This document shows, in pieces, positions 1 to 9,146 of a stretch of 64,000 nucleotides of DNA. Numbering within the stretch: position 1 is the first letter of the stretch; every line of letters begins with the position of its first letter. The stretch is from a virus. The position numbers and the translations under genes are program-made. Under the pieces are notes generated by a model, which made no database searches, was not told the DNA's origin, and worked only from the letters and a program-made list of their open reading frames with translations. The stretch is from IMG/VR virus record IMGVR_UViG_3300045988_011398, one strand, 5' to 3'.

Positions 1-100
1 ATAACTGATTCCTTTGATATTATAAGAGATAAATCTGATATAATATTCATTACCAAAATAAATCCTGATAAGCAAATGTAAGTTTAACAAAAAAAAAAGC

Positions 101-1633
101 ATGAAAGAAGCAATTTTATTAACTGATGGTTACAAGTTGGACCATAGGAGACAGTATCCTGAAGGCACTGAGTATGTGTACTCAAATTGGACACCAAGGA
201 GCTGTGCATACTTTCCTGAGGCTGAAGAAGGAGCTGTGGTATTTGGCATCCAATACTTCATTAAGGAGTATCTGATAAGGCAATTCCAAGAGAACTTCTT
301 CAATCTTCCTAAGGATGTGGCAGTCAAATCTTTCAAGAGGAGAATTGACACATTCTTGGGTGAAGGCAATCAAGTAGGCACAAAGCACATTGAGGAGCTA
401 CATGATTTAGGTTATTTACCTATTAGAATAAAGGCTCTTCCTGAAGGCACATTATGTCCTATCAGAGTACCAGCACTCACATTCATCAACACCCATCCTG
501 ATTTCTTCTGGCTTACTAACTACTTTGAGACTCTTATCTCTACAACTCTATGGTTGCCTATGACAAGTGCAACTACTGCAAGGTTGTATAAGAAGGAGTT
601 GATAAGACATGCAAGAAAGACTGGATTCAAGGATGTAGACCTTAACTTCCTTATACATGACTTCTCTATGAGAGGCATGGCTGGAGTGGAAGCTGCCATT
701 ATGTCAGGTATGGGTCATATGACTTCATTCTGTGGCAGTGAGACTATTCCTGCTATTGGTGCATTGGAGGAATACTACAATGCCAATGCAGAAAGAGAGC
801 TTATTGCAGCTACAATTCCAGCAACAGAGCACAGTGTCATGTGTGCAGGAGGTAAGGAAGATGAATTGGAGACATTCAGAAGACTCATTACTAAGGTATA
901 TCCTACTGGATTTGTATCTATTGTATCTGACACATGGGATTTCTGGAAGGTAATGACAGAATATCTGCCTAAGTTGAAGGATGAAATCCTTGCAAGGGAT
1001 GGTAGATTAGTCATAAGACCTGACAGTGGAGACCCAGTACACATCATTGCAGGATACAAGTATGAGGATTTTGAGACTTGGCAGGAGCAGACAGAGGTAC
1101 AGAACAGAATGAGTAGCACTGCTGAGTGGGTAGGTGCTTATCAAGTTCTGTGGGACATCTTTGGTGGTACTGTCAATGAGAAAGGTTACAAAGTACTCAA
1201 TCCCAAGGTAGGTATCATCTATGGTGATTCCATTACTCTTGAGAGACAGAAGGAAATCTACAAGAGACTTGAAGAAAGAGGATTTGCAGCTACTAATCTT
1301 GTACTTGGTGTAGGCTCATATACATATCAGTATAAGAGCAGGGATTCTCTTGGCTTTGCTATGAAGGCTACTTGGTGTCAGGTTAATGGAGAGGGAAGAG
1401 AAATCTTCAAAGACCCTAAAACTGATAGTGGCACTAAGAAATCTTTGAAGGGGCTAATCAGTGTGGAACTCATGTCTGATGGCACTTACAAGGCTATTGA
1501 CCAAGTAACTCCTCAGCAGGAACAACTGGGTAATCTGGAGACAGTCTTTGAGGATGGCAAACTTCTCAAAGATTGGAGTTTAAGGGATATAAGAAAGAGT
1601 GTAGATGAAAGCATTTTGTCATCCCTTCAATGA
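101..1633 (+). CDS. Nicotinamide phosphoribosyltransferase (NAMPT/NadV) family enzyme; candidate Namat of a NARP1-type pathway
   Basis: 510-aa ORF. N-terminus ILLTDGYKLDHRRQYP matches the NAMPT-family TDSYK..H..QYP signature, and the length is typical of type II PRTases. A-rich leader before the ATG. Confidence 0.85.
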   Translation: MKEAILLTDGYKLDHRRQYPEGTEYVYSNWTPRSCAYFPEAEEGAVVFGIQYFIKEYLIRQFQENFFNLPKDVAVKSFKRRIDTFLGEGNQVGTKHIEELHDLGYLPIRIKALPEGTLCPIRVPALTFINTHPDFFWLTNYFETLISTTLWLPMTSATTARLYKKELIRHARKTGFKDVDLNFLIHDFSMRGMAGVEAAIMSGMGHMTSFCGSETIPAIGALEEYYNANAERELIAATIPATEHSVMCAGGKEDELETFRRLITKVYPTGFVSIVSDTWDFWKVMTEYLPKLKDEILARDGRLVIRPDSGDPVHIIAGYKYEDFETWQEQTEVQNRMSSTAEWVGAYQVLWDIFGGTVNEKGYKVLNPKVGIIYGDSITLERQKEIYKRLEERGFAATNLVLGVGSYTYQYKSRDSLGFAMKATWCQVNGEGREIFKDPKTDSGTKKSLKGLISVELMSDGTYKAIDQVTPQQEQLGNLETVFEDGKLLKDWSLRDIRKSVDESILSSLQ

Positions 1634-2021
1634 TGAAAGGTGTGCTCGCAGGTTATTATGGGAATATCAACATTATGACCACCTTATTGTGGGAATTGAT
1701 TTTGATAATACCATTAAACCTGTGAAGCCTGACAGTTCATGTGAGCCAGTATTGGAGCTATTGAGAAGGTGTTCTAAAGACCCTAAGATAATCTTGTGCC
1801 TCTGGACTATATGCCCAAGAGGAGAAGAGCAGGAGAAGCTTGACTATTGCAAGTCTCAAGGCATCAAGATTGACTATGTGAATGAATCTCCATTTCTAAT
1901 AGGAGAGTGGAAAGGAAAGAAGCAATTCTTTAATGTTCTTCTTGATGATAGAGCAGGCTTGGAAAGTGCTTATAACAACTTAAAATATGTATTAGACAAT
2001 GCAAATACTGAATCTGATTAG
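1605..2021 (+). CDS. Small HAD-superfamily phosphatase, NT5C-like 5'-nucleotidase
   Basis: HAD motif I DxDxT (GIDFDNT, nt 1698-1712) and a C-terminal LLDDR motif resembling NT5C-type deoxyribonucleotidases. Overlaps both neighbours (29 nt and 23 nt). Confidence 0.5.
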   Translation: MKAFCHPFNDERCARRLLWEYQHYDHLIVGIDFDNTIKPVKPDSSCEPVLELLRRCSKDPKIILCLWTICPRGEEQEKLDYCKSQGIKIDYVNESPFLIGEWKGKKQFFNVLLDDRAGLESAYNNLKYVLDNANTESD

Positions 2022-2799
2022 ACCAGAGGACAGTGACATCAAGTATGAGGTTATTCAGTTTCCTGATGGTGAACCTCATATTGTCTTGAAGAGTATCAAC
2101 AGGAAAGATGATGTCACAGTGGTATGTAGGATAGCAAATCCTACAGACTTGTTTATTCTTATGCAGGTGGGTGACATTCTGAATAGACAGGGAATCCTGT
2201 TTGGTTTGGATATTGTCTATCTCATGAGTATGAGAATGGACAGGGTGATAAGCTATGATGAATCCTATTCTCTCAGTGTAGTATCACAGGTAATCAATGA
2301 CATGTTCCCTCAAGCAGTTCATGTACTTGAGCCTCATTCACATAAGGTGCAAGACCTTATAGATGAGTATTGGGGAGATATTAAGCCTCCCATGCCTGAT
2401 TTTGATGGGTATCTTAGAGTATATCCTGATAAAGGAGCTATGCAGAGATATGATGGGAGTGCATCCACTGAGGTACTTTGTAGTAAGGTCAGAGATACTG
2501 AGACTGGCAAATTGTCTGGTTTCAAGATTGAGAATCCTGAAATCTTGGAGGAGTTTGACAAGCCACTTGTAGTAATTGATGACCTTTGTGATGGAGGAGG
2601 TACATTTGCAGGTATTGCCAAAGAACTGAGAAAGGTTGCACCTGACAGAAAATTGTGTATCTATGTAACTCATATGGTCAATCCTAAAGGCATTGTTACC
2701 TTGAGTGAGAATTATGATGAGGTGTACTTCACTAATTCTTACAAGGATTGGGATAATGAGGTACTTCCATCCAATGTAAAAGTAATTAAAGTGGTATGA
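1999..2799 (+). CDS. Ribose-phosphate pyrophosphokinase (Prs) family enzyme; candidate Adps of a NARP1-type pathway
   Basis: N-terminal FPDGE motif and PRPP/PRTase loop VVIDDLCDGGGT (about nt 2568-2603), both typical of Prs-family enzymes. 266 aa. Confidence 0.8.
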   Translation: MQILNLIRPEDSDIKYEVIQFPDGEPHIVLKSINRKDDVTVVCRIANPTDLFILMQVGDILNRQGILFGLDIVYLMSMRMDRVISYDESYSLSVVSQVINDMFPQAVHVLEPHSHKVQDLIDEYWGDIKPPMPDFDGYLRVYPDKGAMQRYDGSASTEVLCSKVRDTETGKLSGFKIENPEILEEFDKPLVVIDDLCDGGGTFAGIAKELRKVAPDRKLCIYVTHMVNPKGIVTLSENYDEVYFTNSYKDWDNEVLPSNVKVIKVV

Positions 2800-2996
2800 A
2801 AACAAGTACAATAAGTAAGCTGGTGGTATGGGTTATCTTATTTATAATCCTACTTAATGTAGGATTTAGTATGATAACAATGCCCAATACAATAGGAAAT
2901 GTGATTGGGTTTCTTATTGTAGTAGCTATAGTGGTTATTTCAATCAAAACAAAGTGTTTAACATCAATTAAATTACAAAGAAAACATGAAAAGTAA
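2796..2996 (+). CDS. Small two-TM membrane protein
   Basis: 66 aa with two hydrophobic helices. ATGA overlap with the upstream gene. Confidence 0.45.
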   Translation: MKTSTISKLVVWVILFIILLNVGFSMITMPNTIGNVIGFLIVVAIVVISIKTKCLTSIKLQRKHEK

Positions 2997-3822
2997 GTTT
3001 ATTACAGGACTTCTGTTCACCTTTATGGTGATGACAAGTATGATGTTCACCTCTTGTGGTTATGAGAGGGTGGATGCTGGTTATGAGGGTATCAAAGTGA
3101 ACCTTTATGGTGATGACAAGGGAGTGGATGACATTACTCTTGTCACTGGTGCAGTATGGTATAATCCTATTACTACTGCTGTGTATGAGTATCCTACATT
3201 TGTACAGACTGTGGACTATGCTCCCTTCAGTATCAATGCCAAAGATGGTAGCTCATTTACAGTAGACCCTACTATCTCCTTGAAGATTGTGGATGGTAAA
3301 TCTGCTGAGGTATTCAAGAAGTATAGGAAAGAGGATATTACCGAGGTTATCAATACAACTCTATACAACTATGTAAGGAATGCTTTCAGAATCCAGTTGA
3401 ATAATTACACTACTGATGAACTGGTAAGCAAGAGAGAAGAGTTTGAGAAAGCCATTGAGGAAAGATTGTCTAAGGAGTTGCTTGCTGAGAATTTTCAATT
3501 GGAGCAAATGACTTCAGGTCTGCAATATCCTCAGACTCTTGTAAATGCTATTGATGCAAAGAATGCAGCAGTTCAAGAAGCTCAGAAAGCACAGAATGAG
3601 GTATTGAAGATTAAGGCAGAAGCTGAGAAGAAGATTGCAGCAGCAGATGGTGAAGCACAGGCTTTGAAAATCAAGGGTGATGCAGAAGCAGAGTATAATA
3701 GAAAGATTGCTGCATCCTTATCTCCTTTGATTGTACAGCAAATGATGCTTGACAAGTGGGATGGTAAATTGCCTGTATATGGCACAGTGCCTACATTATT
3801 CAAAGATATAGCAGGTAAATAG
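2986..3822 (+). CDS. SPFH/band-7 (prohibitin/stomatin-like) lipoprotein
   Basis: N-terminal signal with lipobox-like FTSC. SPFH-like core followed by an Ala/Glu/Lys-rich coiled coil (AQKAQNEVLKIKAEAEKKIAAADGEAQALKIKGDAEAEY), typical of band-7 proteins. Confidence 0.7.
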   Translation: MKSKFITGLLFTFMVMTSMMFTSCGYERVDAGYEGIKVNLYGDDKGVDDITLVTGAVWYNPITTAVYEYPTFVQTVDYAPFSINAKDGSSFTVDPTISLKIVDGKSAEVFKKYRKEDITEVINTTLYNYVRNAFRIQLNNYTTDELVSKREEFEKAIEERLSKELLAENFQLEQMTSGLQYPQTLVNAIDAKNAAVQEAQKAQNEVLKIKAEAEKKIAAADGEAQALKIKGDAEAEYNRKIAASLSPLIVQQMMLDKWDGKLPVYGTVPTLFKDIAGK

Positions 3823-3823
3823 T

Positions 3824-4162
3824 ATGTGGTGGATTATTATAGCTATCATATTTATTCTCACTACTGTCTGTGTACTCAAAGATACTCATGTCAAAGTATA
3901 TGATGGTGGCTACTATGCTAAATTACAAGAGGAGTATGACCTCAAGTTACCTATATGGGCATTACTGCTCATAATACTTGTGTGTCTTATCCCTATTGTA
4001 AACATTATAGCATTTGTAGCTTTCCTTGTTTTCTACATTGTACATGCAGTATGGGACCCCAGAGAATGTGATGGTGAGACTCATGTGTTCTCATTAAATG
4101 GGAATAACTGGGTAACTAAAAGCCTGTTGGCAATAAAAGAAATATTAAACAAGAAGATATGA
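3824..4162 (+). CDS. Membrane protein (about 3 TM), holin-like candidate
   Basis: 112 aa with three hydrophobic segments. Sits immediately upstream of, and ATGA-coupled to, a muramidase-type gene. Confidence 0.4.
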   Translation: MWWIIIAIIFILTTVCVLKDTHVKVYDGGYYAKLQEEYDLKLPIWALLLIILVCLIPIVNIIAFVAFLVFYIVHAVWDPRECDGETHVFSLNGNNWVTKSLLAIKEILNKKI

Positions 4163-4671
4163 AACAAAGAGTATTCAATGTACTCATTTCTCTTGCAGTA
4201 TTAGGTCTGGGGGCTATAGTGCTCTCAGACCACTACAAGGGAGATGACCCACCTCAATATGAGGTGGTGGATGTCAAATTAGTGCAACCAGAGTTTCTGT
4301 TATCAGAAAATCCTGAGGAGGACTTAATTGCTGTAATGAACTATTATGGGGTAAAACACCCTGAAATAGTCTATGCACAAGCAATTCTTGAGACAGGACA
4401 CTTTAGGTCAAAGGTATATAGGGAGTGTAACAATTTGTTCGGTCTGTATAATAGCAGGACTGAAAGCTACTATAAATTTGACCACTGGTCAGAGAGTGTG
4501 GTTGCCTATCTTGACTTCATACAGGACAGATATAAACCTCCGAATGATTATTACAAGTTTTTATCAGATATAGGGTATGCAGAAGACCCTGAGTACATTA
4601 ACAAGTTGAAAAGAATAGTAAATCAATATGACAAAAGAAGAACTACAGATACAGTCTTTATCATTGATTAA
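4159..4671 (+). CDS. Membrane-anchored N-acetylglucosaminidase-domain peptidoglycan hydrolase (candidate endolysin)
   Basis: N-terminal TM/signal anchor (VFNVLISLAVLGLGAIVL). Core AQAILETGHFRS...NNLFG matches the mannosyl-glycoprotein endo-beta-N-acetylglucosaminidase (LytD/FlgJ-type) signature. Confidence 0.7.
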   Translation: MKQRVFNVLISLAVLGLGAIVLSDHYKGDDPPQYEVVDVKLVQPEFLLSENPEEDLIAVMNYYGVKHPEIVYAQAILETGHFRSKVYRECNNLFGLYNSRTESYYKFDHWSESVVAYLDFIQDRYKPPNDYYKFLSDIGYAEDPEYINKLKRIVNQYDKRRTTDTVFIID

Positions 4672-5860
4672 GCGAAGCAATAGAGTTGCATTACAATGGT
4701 GTACAGGATTGGGTAAGAGCAAAATGGCTATTGATATGGCTAATTATCTGGCAGATAAAGAATTTGAGGAGTATGAAGAACCCCTCAATGTGTTATTGGT
4801 AGTTGCAGAAACTGCACATAAGTCCAATTGGAAGATAGAGTTTGATAGGTGGGGATTAAGGACAGACAATGTGGTAATGGAGTGCTATGCTTCATTGAAG
4901 AAGTATAGGAACAGTTATTGGGATTTGGTTATCTTTGATGAAGCCCACCATCTTGGCTCTGATTTGAGGATGGATGTGCTCACTGAACTTCATGCCCAAA
5001 ACATAATTCTGCTATCTGCTACTCTTCCTGACCAAGTAATGCAGGCTGTAACTGGAGTTTTTGGGGAATTTGTTACTTCAAAGGTTACTCTCAAACAGGC
5101 TATTGAGTGGGGAATATTACCAGCTCCCAAAGTTTATCTTATTCCATTGACTCTTGATAGTACATACCCTAATTGTACAATCATAGAGGAGTGGGGTAAG
5201 AAGGAAAAGAGAGTCACTCACAAGTGCAAGTTCCATGAAAGATGGGAGTACTTGAAGAATAAGAACAAGTACCCTAATGTGACACTGGAAATTTCCTGTA
5301 CACAACAACAGAAGTATGATTATCTATCTGACCAATTTGAGTATTGGAGAAGTCAATTCTTTAGAACCAGACAGGAGTTCATCAAGAACAAATGGCTTCA
5401 GGTTGGTTCAAAGAGAAAGAGATTCCTTGGAGAGTCAAAGACAGATGCAGTAAGGCTGTTACTACACAAGATTCAAGATAAGAGGTTTATCTGTTTCTGC
5501 ACAAGTATAGAACAGGCTGAGTTGCTTGGTGGTAAGAATGCAATCCATTCAAAGAAAGACAACTCTTTGGACATCATAGATGACTTCAATACTAAGAGGA
5601 TAGATAATCTATTTGCTGTTGGAATGTTGCAGGAAGGACAGAATCTCACTGATATTGAGGCTGGTGTGATTGTACAACTTGATGGTCAGGAGAGAGCATT
5701 TGTACAGAAGTTTGGGCGTAGCCTAAGGGCTACTGACCCTATTCAGTTCATATTCTATTACAAGGATACAAGAGATACAGAATATCTGGAAAATGTTCTT
5801 GAAGGAATCAATGAGGAGTACATAACTGAAGTTGATAACTTAATAGATTTAGAGCTATGA
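4628..5860 (+). CDS. SNF2/DEAH-type superfamily 2 helicase
   Basis: Motif I CTGLGKSK, motif II FDEAHH, motif III LSATL, motif VI QKFGRSLR. Confidence 0.8.
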   Translation: MTKEELQIQSLSLIKRSNRVALQWCTGLGKSKMAIDMANYLADKEFEEYEEPLNVLLVVAETAHKSNWKIEFDRWGLRTDNVVMECYASLKKYRNSYWDLVIFDEAHHLGSDLRMDVLTELHAQNIILLSATLPDQVMQAVTGVFGEFVTSKVTLKQAIEWGILPAPKVYLIPLTLDSTYPNCTIIEEWGKKEKRVTHKCKFHERWEYLKNKNKYPNVTLEISCTQQQKYDYLSDQFEYWRSQFFRTRQEFIKNKWLQVGSKRKRFLGESKTDAVRLLLHKIQDKRFICFCTSIEQAELLGGKNAIHSKKDNSLDIIDDFNTKRIDNLFAVGMLQEGQNLTDIEAGVIVQLDGQERAFVQKFGRSLRATDPIQFIFYYKDTRDTEYLENVLEGINEEYITEVDNLIDLEL

Positions 5861-6459
5861 CAACAGTATGCTTAAATAAGAAGGCTGCTCAACAGAATGG
5901 CATAACCATAGATGAAGCCTTGTTGATGTTGGTAATACACAATAAGGCTGACTTGGAAAGGGCAGAAAAAGCTTTAATTCAGAAAGGTCTCATAACAGCA
6001 GAAAGGAATGATTTATTCCAGCAAGTAGGCTGGAGACTTACAAACAAAGGCACTGAGGTGCTTGATTCTGTCATTATGGATTCTGATAAAGAGCAGGAGC
6101 CACAGGATAGGTTGATTCAGTTGGCTACAAGACTCAAAGAGATATTTCCTAAAGGCAAGAAAGATGGTACTAACTATTATTGGGCAGATGGAGTAGCCTT
6201 GATTGTGAGGAGACTCAAACTGTTCTTTAAGAAGTATGGTAATAAATTTACTGATGAGCAGATAATTCAGGCAGCAGAGAAATATGTGCAGGGATTCAAT
6301 GGTAATTATCAGTATATGAGATTGCTGAAGTACTTTATCTTCAAAGAGAAGGTTGGTGCAAATGGTGAGGTTGAAGGTGACTCAGAATTAATCAGCTACA
6401 TTGAGAATGCTGGTCAGGAAGAGAATTTAAGAAATGACTGGACTTCAAGTTTGAGTTAG
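5857..6459 (+). CDS. Hypothetical protein (possible wHTH DNA-binding, replication-associated)
   Basis: 200-aa ORF, ATGA-coupled, sitting between two helicase genes. No diagnostic motif recognised. Confidence 0.4.
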   Translation: MTTVCLNKKAAQQNGITIDEALLMLVIHNKADLERAEKALIQKGLITAERNDLFQQVGWRLTNKGTEVLDSVIMDSDKEQEPQDRLIQLATRLKEIFPKGKKDGTNYYWADGVALIVRRLKLFFKKYGNKFTDEQIIQAAEKYVQGFNGNYQYMRLLKYFIFKEKVGANGEVEGDSELISYIENAGQEENLRNDWTSSLS

Positions 6460-6460
6460 T

Positions 6461-7645
6461 ATGAGTACATTTCAAGAAGTCATGCACAATCTTAGGGTTA
6501 GAAAGGAAAGAGTTGAGAAGGGTTTGTACAACTGTATTCCTTTCCCCTTTGTAAGATTTAGAAGATGGGTTCCGGGTATTGAGAAGAAGAAGTTCATAGT
6601 GGTAACAGCCAATCAGAAGATTGGTAAGTCCAAGTTTTGTGACCATTTGTTTATCTATGAACCTTTGTTCTTTGCATTGGAACATTCTGAGATGAGAGTA
6701 AAGGTACTTTATTTTACTTTGGAGATGAGTCCAGAGGAAAAGTATAATGAGTTCCTTTGCCATTTACTGTTCAGATTGGATGGGATAGAAATATCTCCTA
6801 CTGAGCTGAAGAGTACTGACCAAGACCACCCTGTTGATGAGAAGATTCTTGAATTACTTGAGACTGAGAGGTATCAAAGGTATATCAAGGCATTTGAGAA
6901 TATGGTGATATATGTGGATGACCAAAGGAATCCTACAGGAATCAATAAGTACTGTAGGGACTATGCTCTTACACATGGACACTTGAACTTCAGAAAGGAG
7001 ATGAGGAAGGACAAACTGACTGATGAATTGAGAGAGGTTGAGGTAATTGACCCTATCAATCCTTATACACCTGATGACCCTGAGGAGTATAGGATAATCA
7101 TCATAGACAATGCTTCCAACTTGACTAATGAGAGTGGAATGAAGAAGATGGAGACCATTGATAAGATGAGTAAGTATGGCATTACACTCAGAAATCAGTT
7201 GAGCTACATCTTTGTTCTCATTCAACATCAGGCTCAAGCACAAGAAGGCATTGAGAATCAAAAGCTGAATAAGATGAAACCTTCTTCTGATGGTCTTGCA
7301 GATTGTAAAACTACCACAAGAGATGCCAATATGGTCATTGGCTTGTATAGTCCTTTCAAGTATGGTTTGAGAGAGTATGAGGGATATGACATAACCAAGT
7401 TCAGGAATCATATCAGATTCATGGAAATGATTGAAGATAGAGATTATGGTGCTGGTGGTCAGATATGTCCTTTGTTCTTTGATGGTGCAGTAAGTACATT
7501 CAATGAATTACCCAGACCAGAAGATAAGGAGGGATTGCAGCAGGTATATAACTATATTGAATCTCTCAAGGGAAGGAAGACCAATAAGTCTTTCTTTAGT
7601 TTTGCAATTAAAAAGATAGTTGGAAAGTTGCATAGGTGGATTTAA
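6461..7645 (+). CDS. DnaB-like replicative helicase
   Basis: Walker A-like ANQKIGKS and Walker B IIIIDNASNL. RecA-type core with a QHQAQ segment, and size and position as in phage DnaB-family helicases. Confidence 0.65.
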   Translation: MSTFQEVMHNLRVRKERVEKGLYNCIPFPFVRFRRWVPGIEKKKFIVVTANQKIGKSKFCDHLFIYEPLFFALEHSEMRVKVLYFTLEMSPEEKYNEFLCHLLFRLDGIEISPTELKSTDQDHPVDEKILELLETERYQRYIKAFENMVIYVDDQRNPTGINKYCRDYALTHGHLNFRKEMRKDKLTDELREVEVIDPINPYTPDDPEEYRIIIIDNASNLTNESGMKKMETIDKMSKYGITLRNQLSYIFVLIQHQAQAQEGIENQKLNKMKPSSDGLADCKTTTRDANMVIGLYSPFKYGLREYEGYDITKFRNHIRFMEMIEDRDYGAGGQICPLFFDGAVSTFNELPRPEDKEGLQQVYNYIESLKGRKTNKSFFSFAIKKIVGKLHRWI

Positions 7646-7650
7646 TATCA

Positions 7651-7658
7651 TACCTTTG
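7651..7658 (+). promoter_or_regulatory. Bacteroidota-type -7 promoter box TAccTTTG
   Basis: Exact TAnnTTTG match in a 47-bp intergenic gap, about 35 nt upstream of the ATG at 7693. The same tacctttgc string recurs at 31801. Confidence 0.55.
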
Positions 7659-7692
7659 CAAATGTGTTTAATAATGGATAAAACAAAGACAG

Positions 7693-8406
7693 ATGAGTAG
7701 AATTTTAGTGCTTGCAAAGTCAGGTTTTGGTAAGACTTTCAGTATGGGTCAAGTACCTGAGTTGAACCATGTTGGTTTAGACCCCAATGAGACCTATGTA
7801 ATCAGTGTTACCTCAAAGCCTTTGACTTTTCCCAAGAGTAGGGAATTGTACAAGGTAGCACAGAAGGGTAAAGTGGCTACAGGAAACAGGTATATCTCCA
7901 ATAATCCAGAGGAGATAGCAACTCTTCTTGAACAGTTACTTCAAAGTCCATACAAGAATATTGTGGTGGATGACTTCAATTATCTCATGCAGGATTACTA
8001 CATGGATAATGCTCTGAAAGGTGGATGGGATACTCCTAAGAAGATTGGATACTTCATGGGTAAAATCTTCTCTGCTATTGAGAAGTATGGGGATAGTGAT
8101 AAGAATATCATTATCTTGGCTCATGGAGAGGAAGTTCCTCAGCAGGATGGCAGAATCTATCTGAAGATGAAGACCACTGGCAAGATGGTTGATGAGTATG
8201 TAACTCCTGAAGGTAAATTTGATGTTACTCTCGTAGGTAGGTCAAGATTTGATGCAGGTCAGAAGAAGATTGTGAAAGAGTTCATTACCAATGAGGATGA
8301 GTTCACTTCTTCTCCCAAATCTCCTTATGGAATGTTCCCTGAGTTATACATTCCCAATGACCTTGGACTTGTAGTAGCTAAGGTCAATGAGTATTATAAT
8401 GGATAG
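7693..8406 (+). CDS. RecA-fold/AAA ATPase (Sak4-like recombination ATPase)
   Basis: N-terminal Walker A LVLAKSGFGKT and Walker B-like IVVDDF. About 240 aa, typical of phage Sak4/AAA_24 proteins. Confidence 0.6.
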   Translation: MSRILVLAKSGFGKTFSMGQVPELNHVGLDPNETYVISVTSKPLTFPKSRELYKVAQKGKVATGNRYISNNPEEIATLLEQLLQSPYKNIVVDDFNYLMQDYYMDNALKGGWDTPKKIGYFMGKIFSAIEKYGDSDKNIIILAHGEEVPQQDGRIYLKMKTTGKMVDEYVTPEGKFDVTLVGRSRFDAGQKKIVKEFITNEDEFTSSPKSPYGMFPELYIPNDLGLVVAKVNEYYNG

Positions 8407-8656
8407 GAATGAAATCCTTTCATTAACCCGAAAGATTAACTCAGGGTATCTGGGAACTGAAGATATGTTCAGAGTTACAGTAGATTATTGCATTGAGAAA
8501 GGTAAAGATGTGTTGATGTCACAACAATTTGTCATGATTCTATTGAGGTCAGGCAAGATAATGGAACCTTTCTCAATTGCTTTAGAATACTTTCAAAAGA
8601 AGTTTAGCATTTGTACTCTAACAGATGCAAAAGGAAAAGTAATAACAATATTTTAA
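8387..8656 (+). CDS. Hypothetical protein
   Basis: 89-aa ORF filling the gap on the coding strand. No motif recognised. Confidence 0.35.
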   Translation: MSIIMDRNEILSLTRKINSGYLGTEDMFRVTVDYCIEKGKDVLMSQQFVMILLRSGKIMEPFSIALEYFQKKFSICTLTDAKGKVITIF

Positions 8657-8667
8657 TAAAAGAAGAC

Positions 8668-9114
8668 ATGAAAAAGTTTAGTAAATTTGAGATTGCAACT
8701 ATCAAGAGAACTGCACAGAGTGTAAATCCTATGGTATCTAAGAAAGCAAAGCTGAAAGAGCAAATTGATGCTCTTCAGGCTGAGTATGACCAGCTTGATA
8801 CTATGCAGGAGCAGTATGAGGCTTCTATCAAGACCATGACTGGTGGTTATGGTACTGAAGACCTTGTTGAAAAGGTCATTGAGACTACTGGTGCAGTAGA
8901 TAAGAATGGTAAACCTGTAAAGATTACTAAGTATGTACTGAAATATCCTGAGACTGTAATTCCTGTTGCAGCAGAGGATATTGAAGGTGCTACTGCTGAG
9001 CAGGTGGATGACACTGAGACAGCTCCTGAGGTTGAGGTGAAGGCAGGTGAGGAAGCACCTATTGACCCTACCAATCCTTTCAATGAAGTGTCTGGTGAGA
9101 CCTCTGAAGAGTAA
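8668..9114 (+). CDS. Hypothetical coiled-coil protein with acidic tail
   Basis: Start moved to the ATG at 8668 (MKKFSKF...), which avoids overlap with the upstream ORF. Acidic C-terminus. Confidence 0.45.
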   Translation: MKKFSKFEIATIKRTAQSVNPMVSKKAKLKEQIDALQAEYDQLDTMQEQYEASIKTMTGGYGTEDLVEKVIETTGAVDKNGKPVKITKYVLKYPETVIPVAAEDIEGATAEQVDDTETAPEVEVKAGEEAPIDPTNPFNEVSGETSEE

Positions 9115-9146
9115 GAAAAAAACAACAATCAAAATCAATTTTAGAT

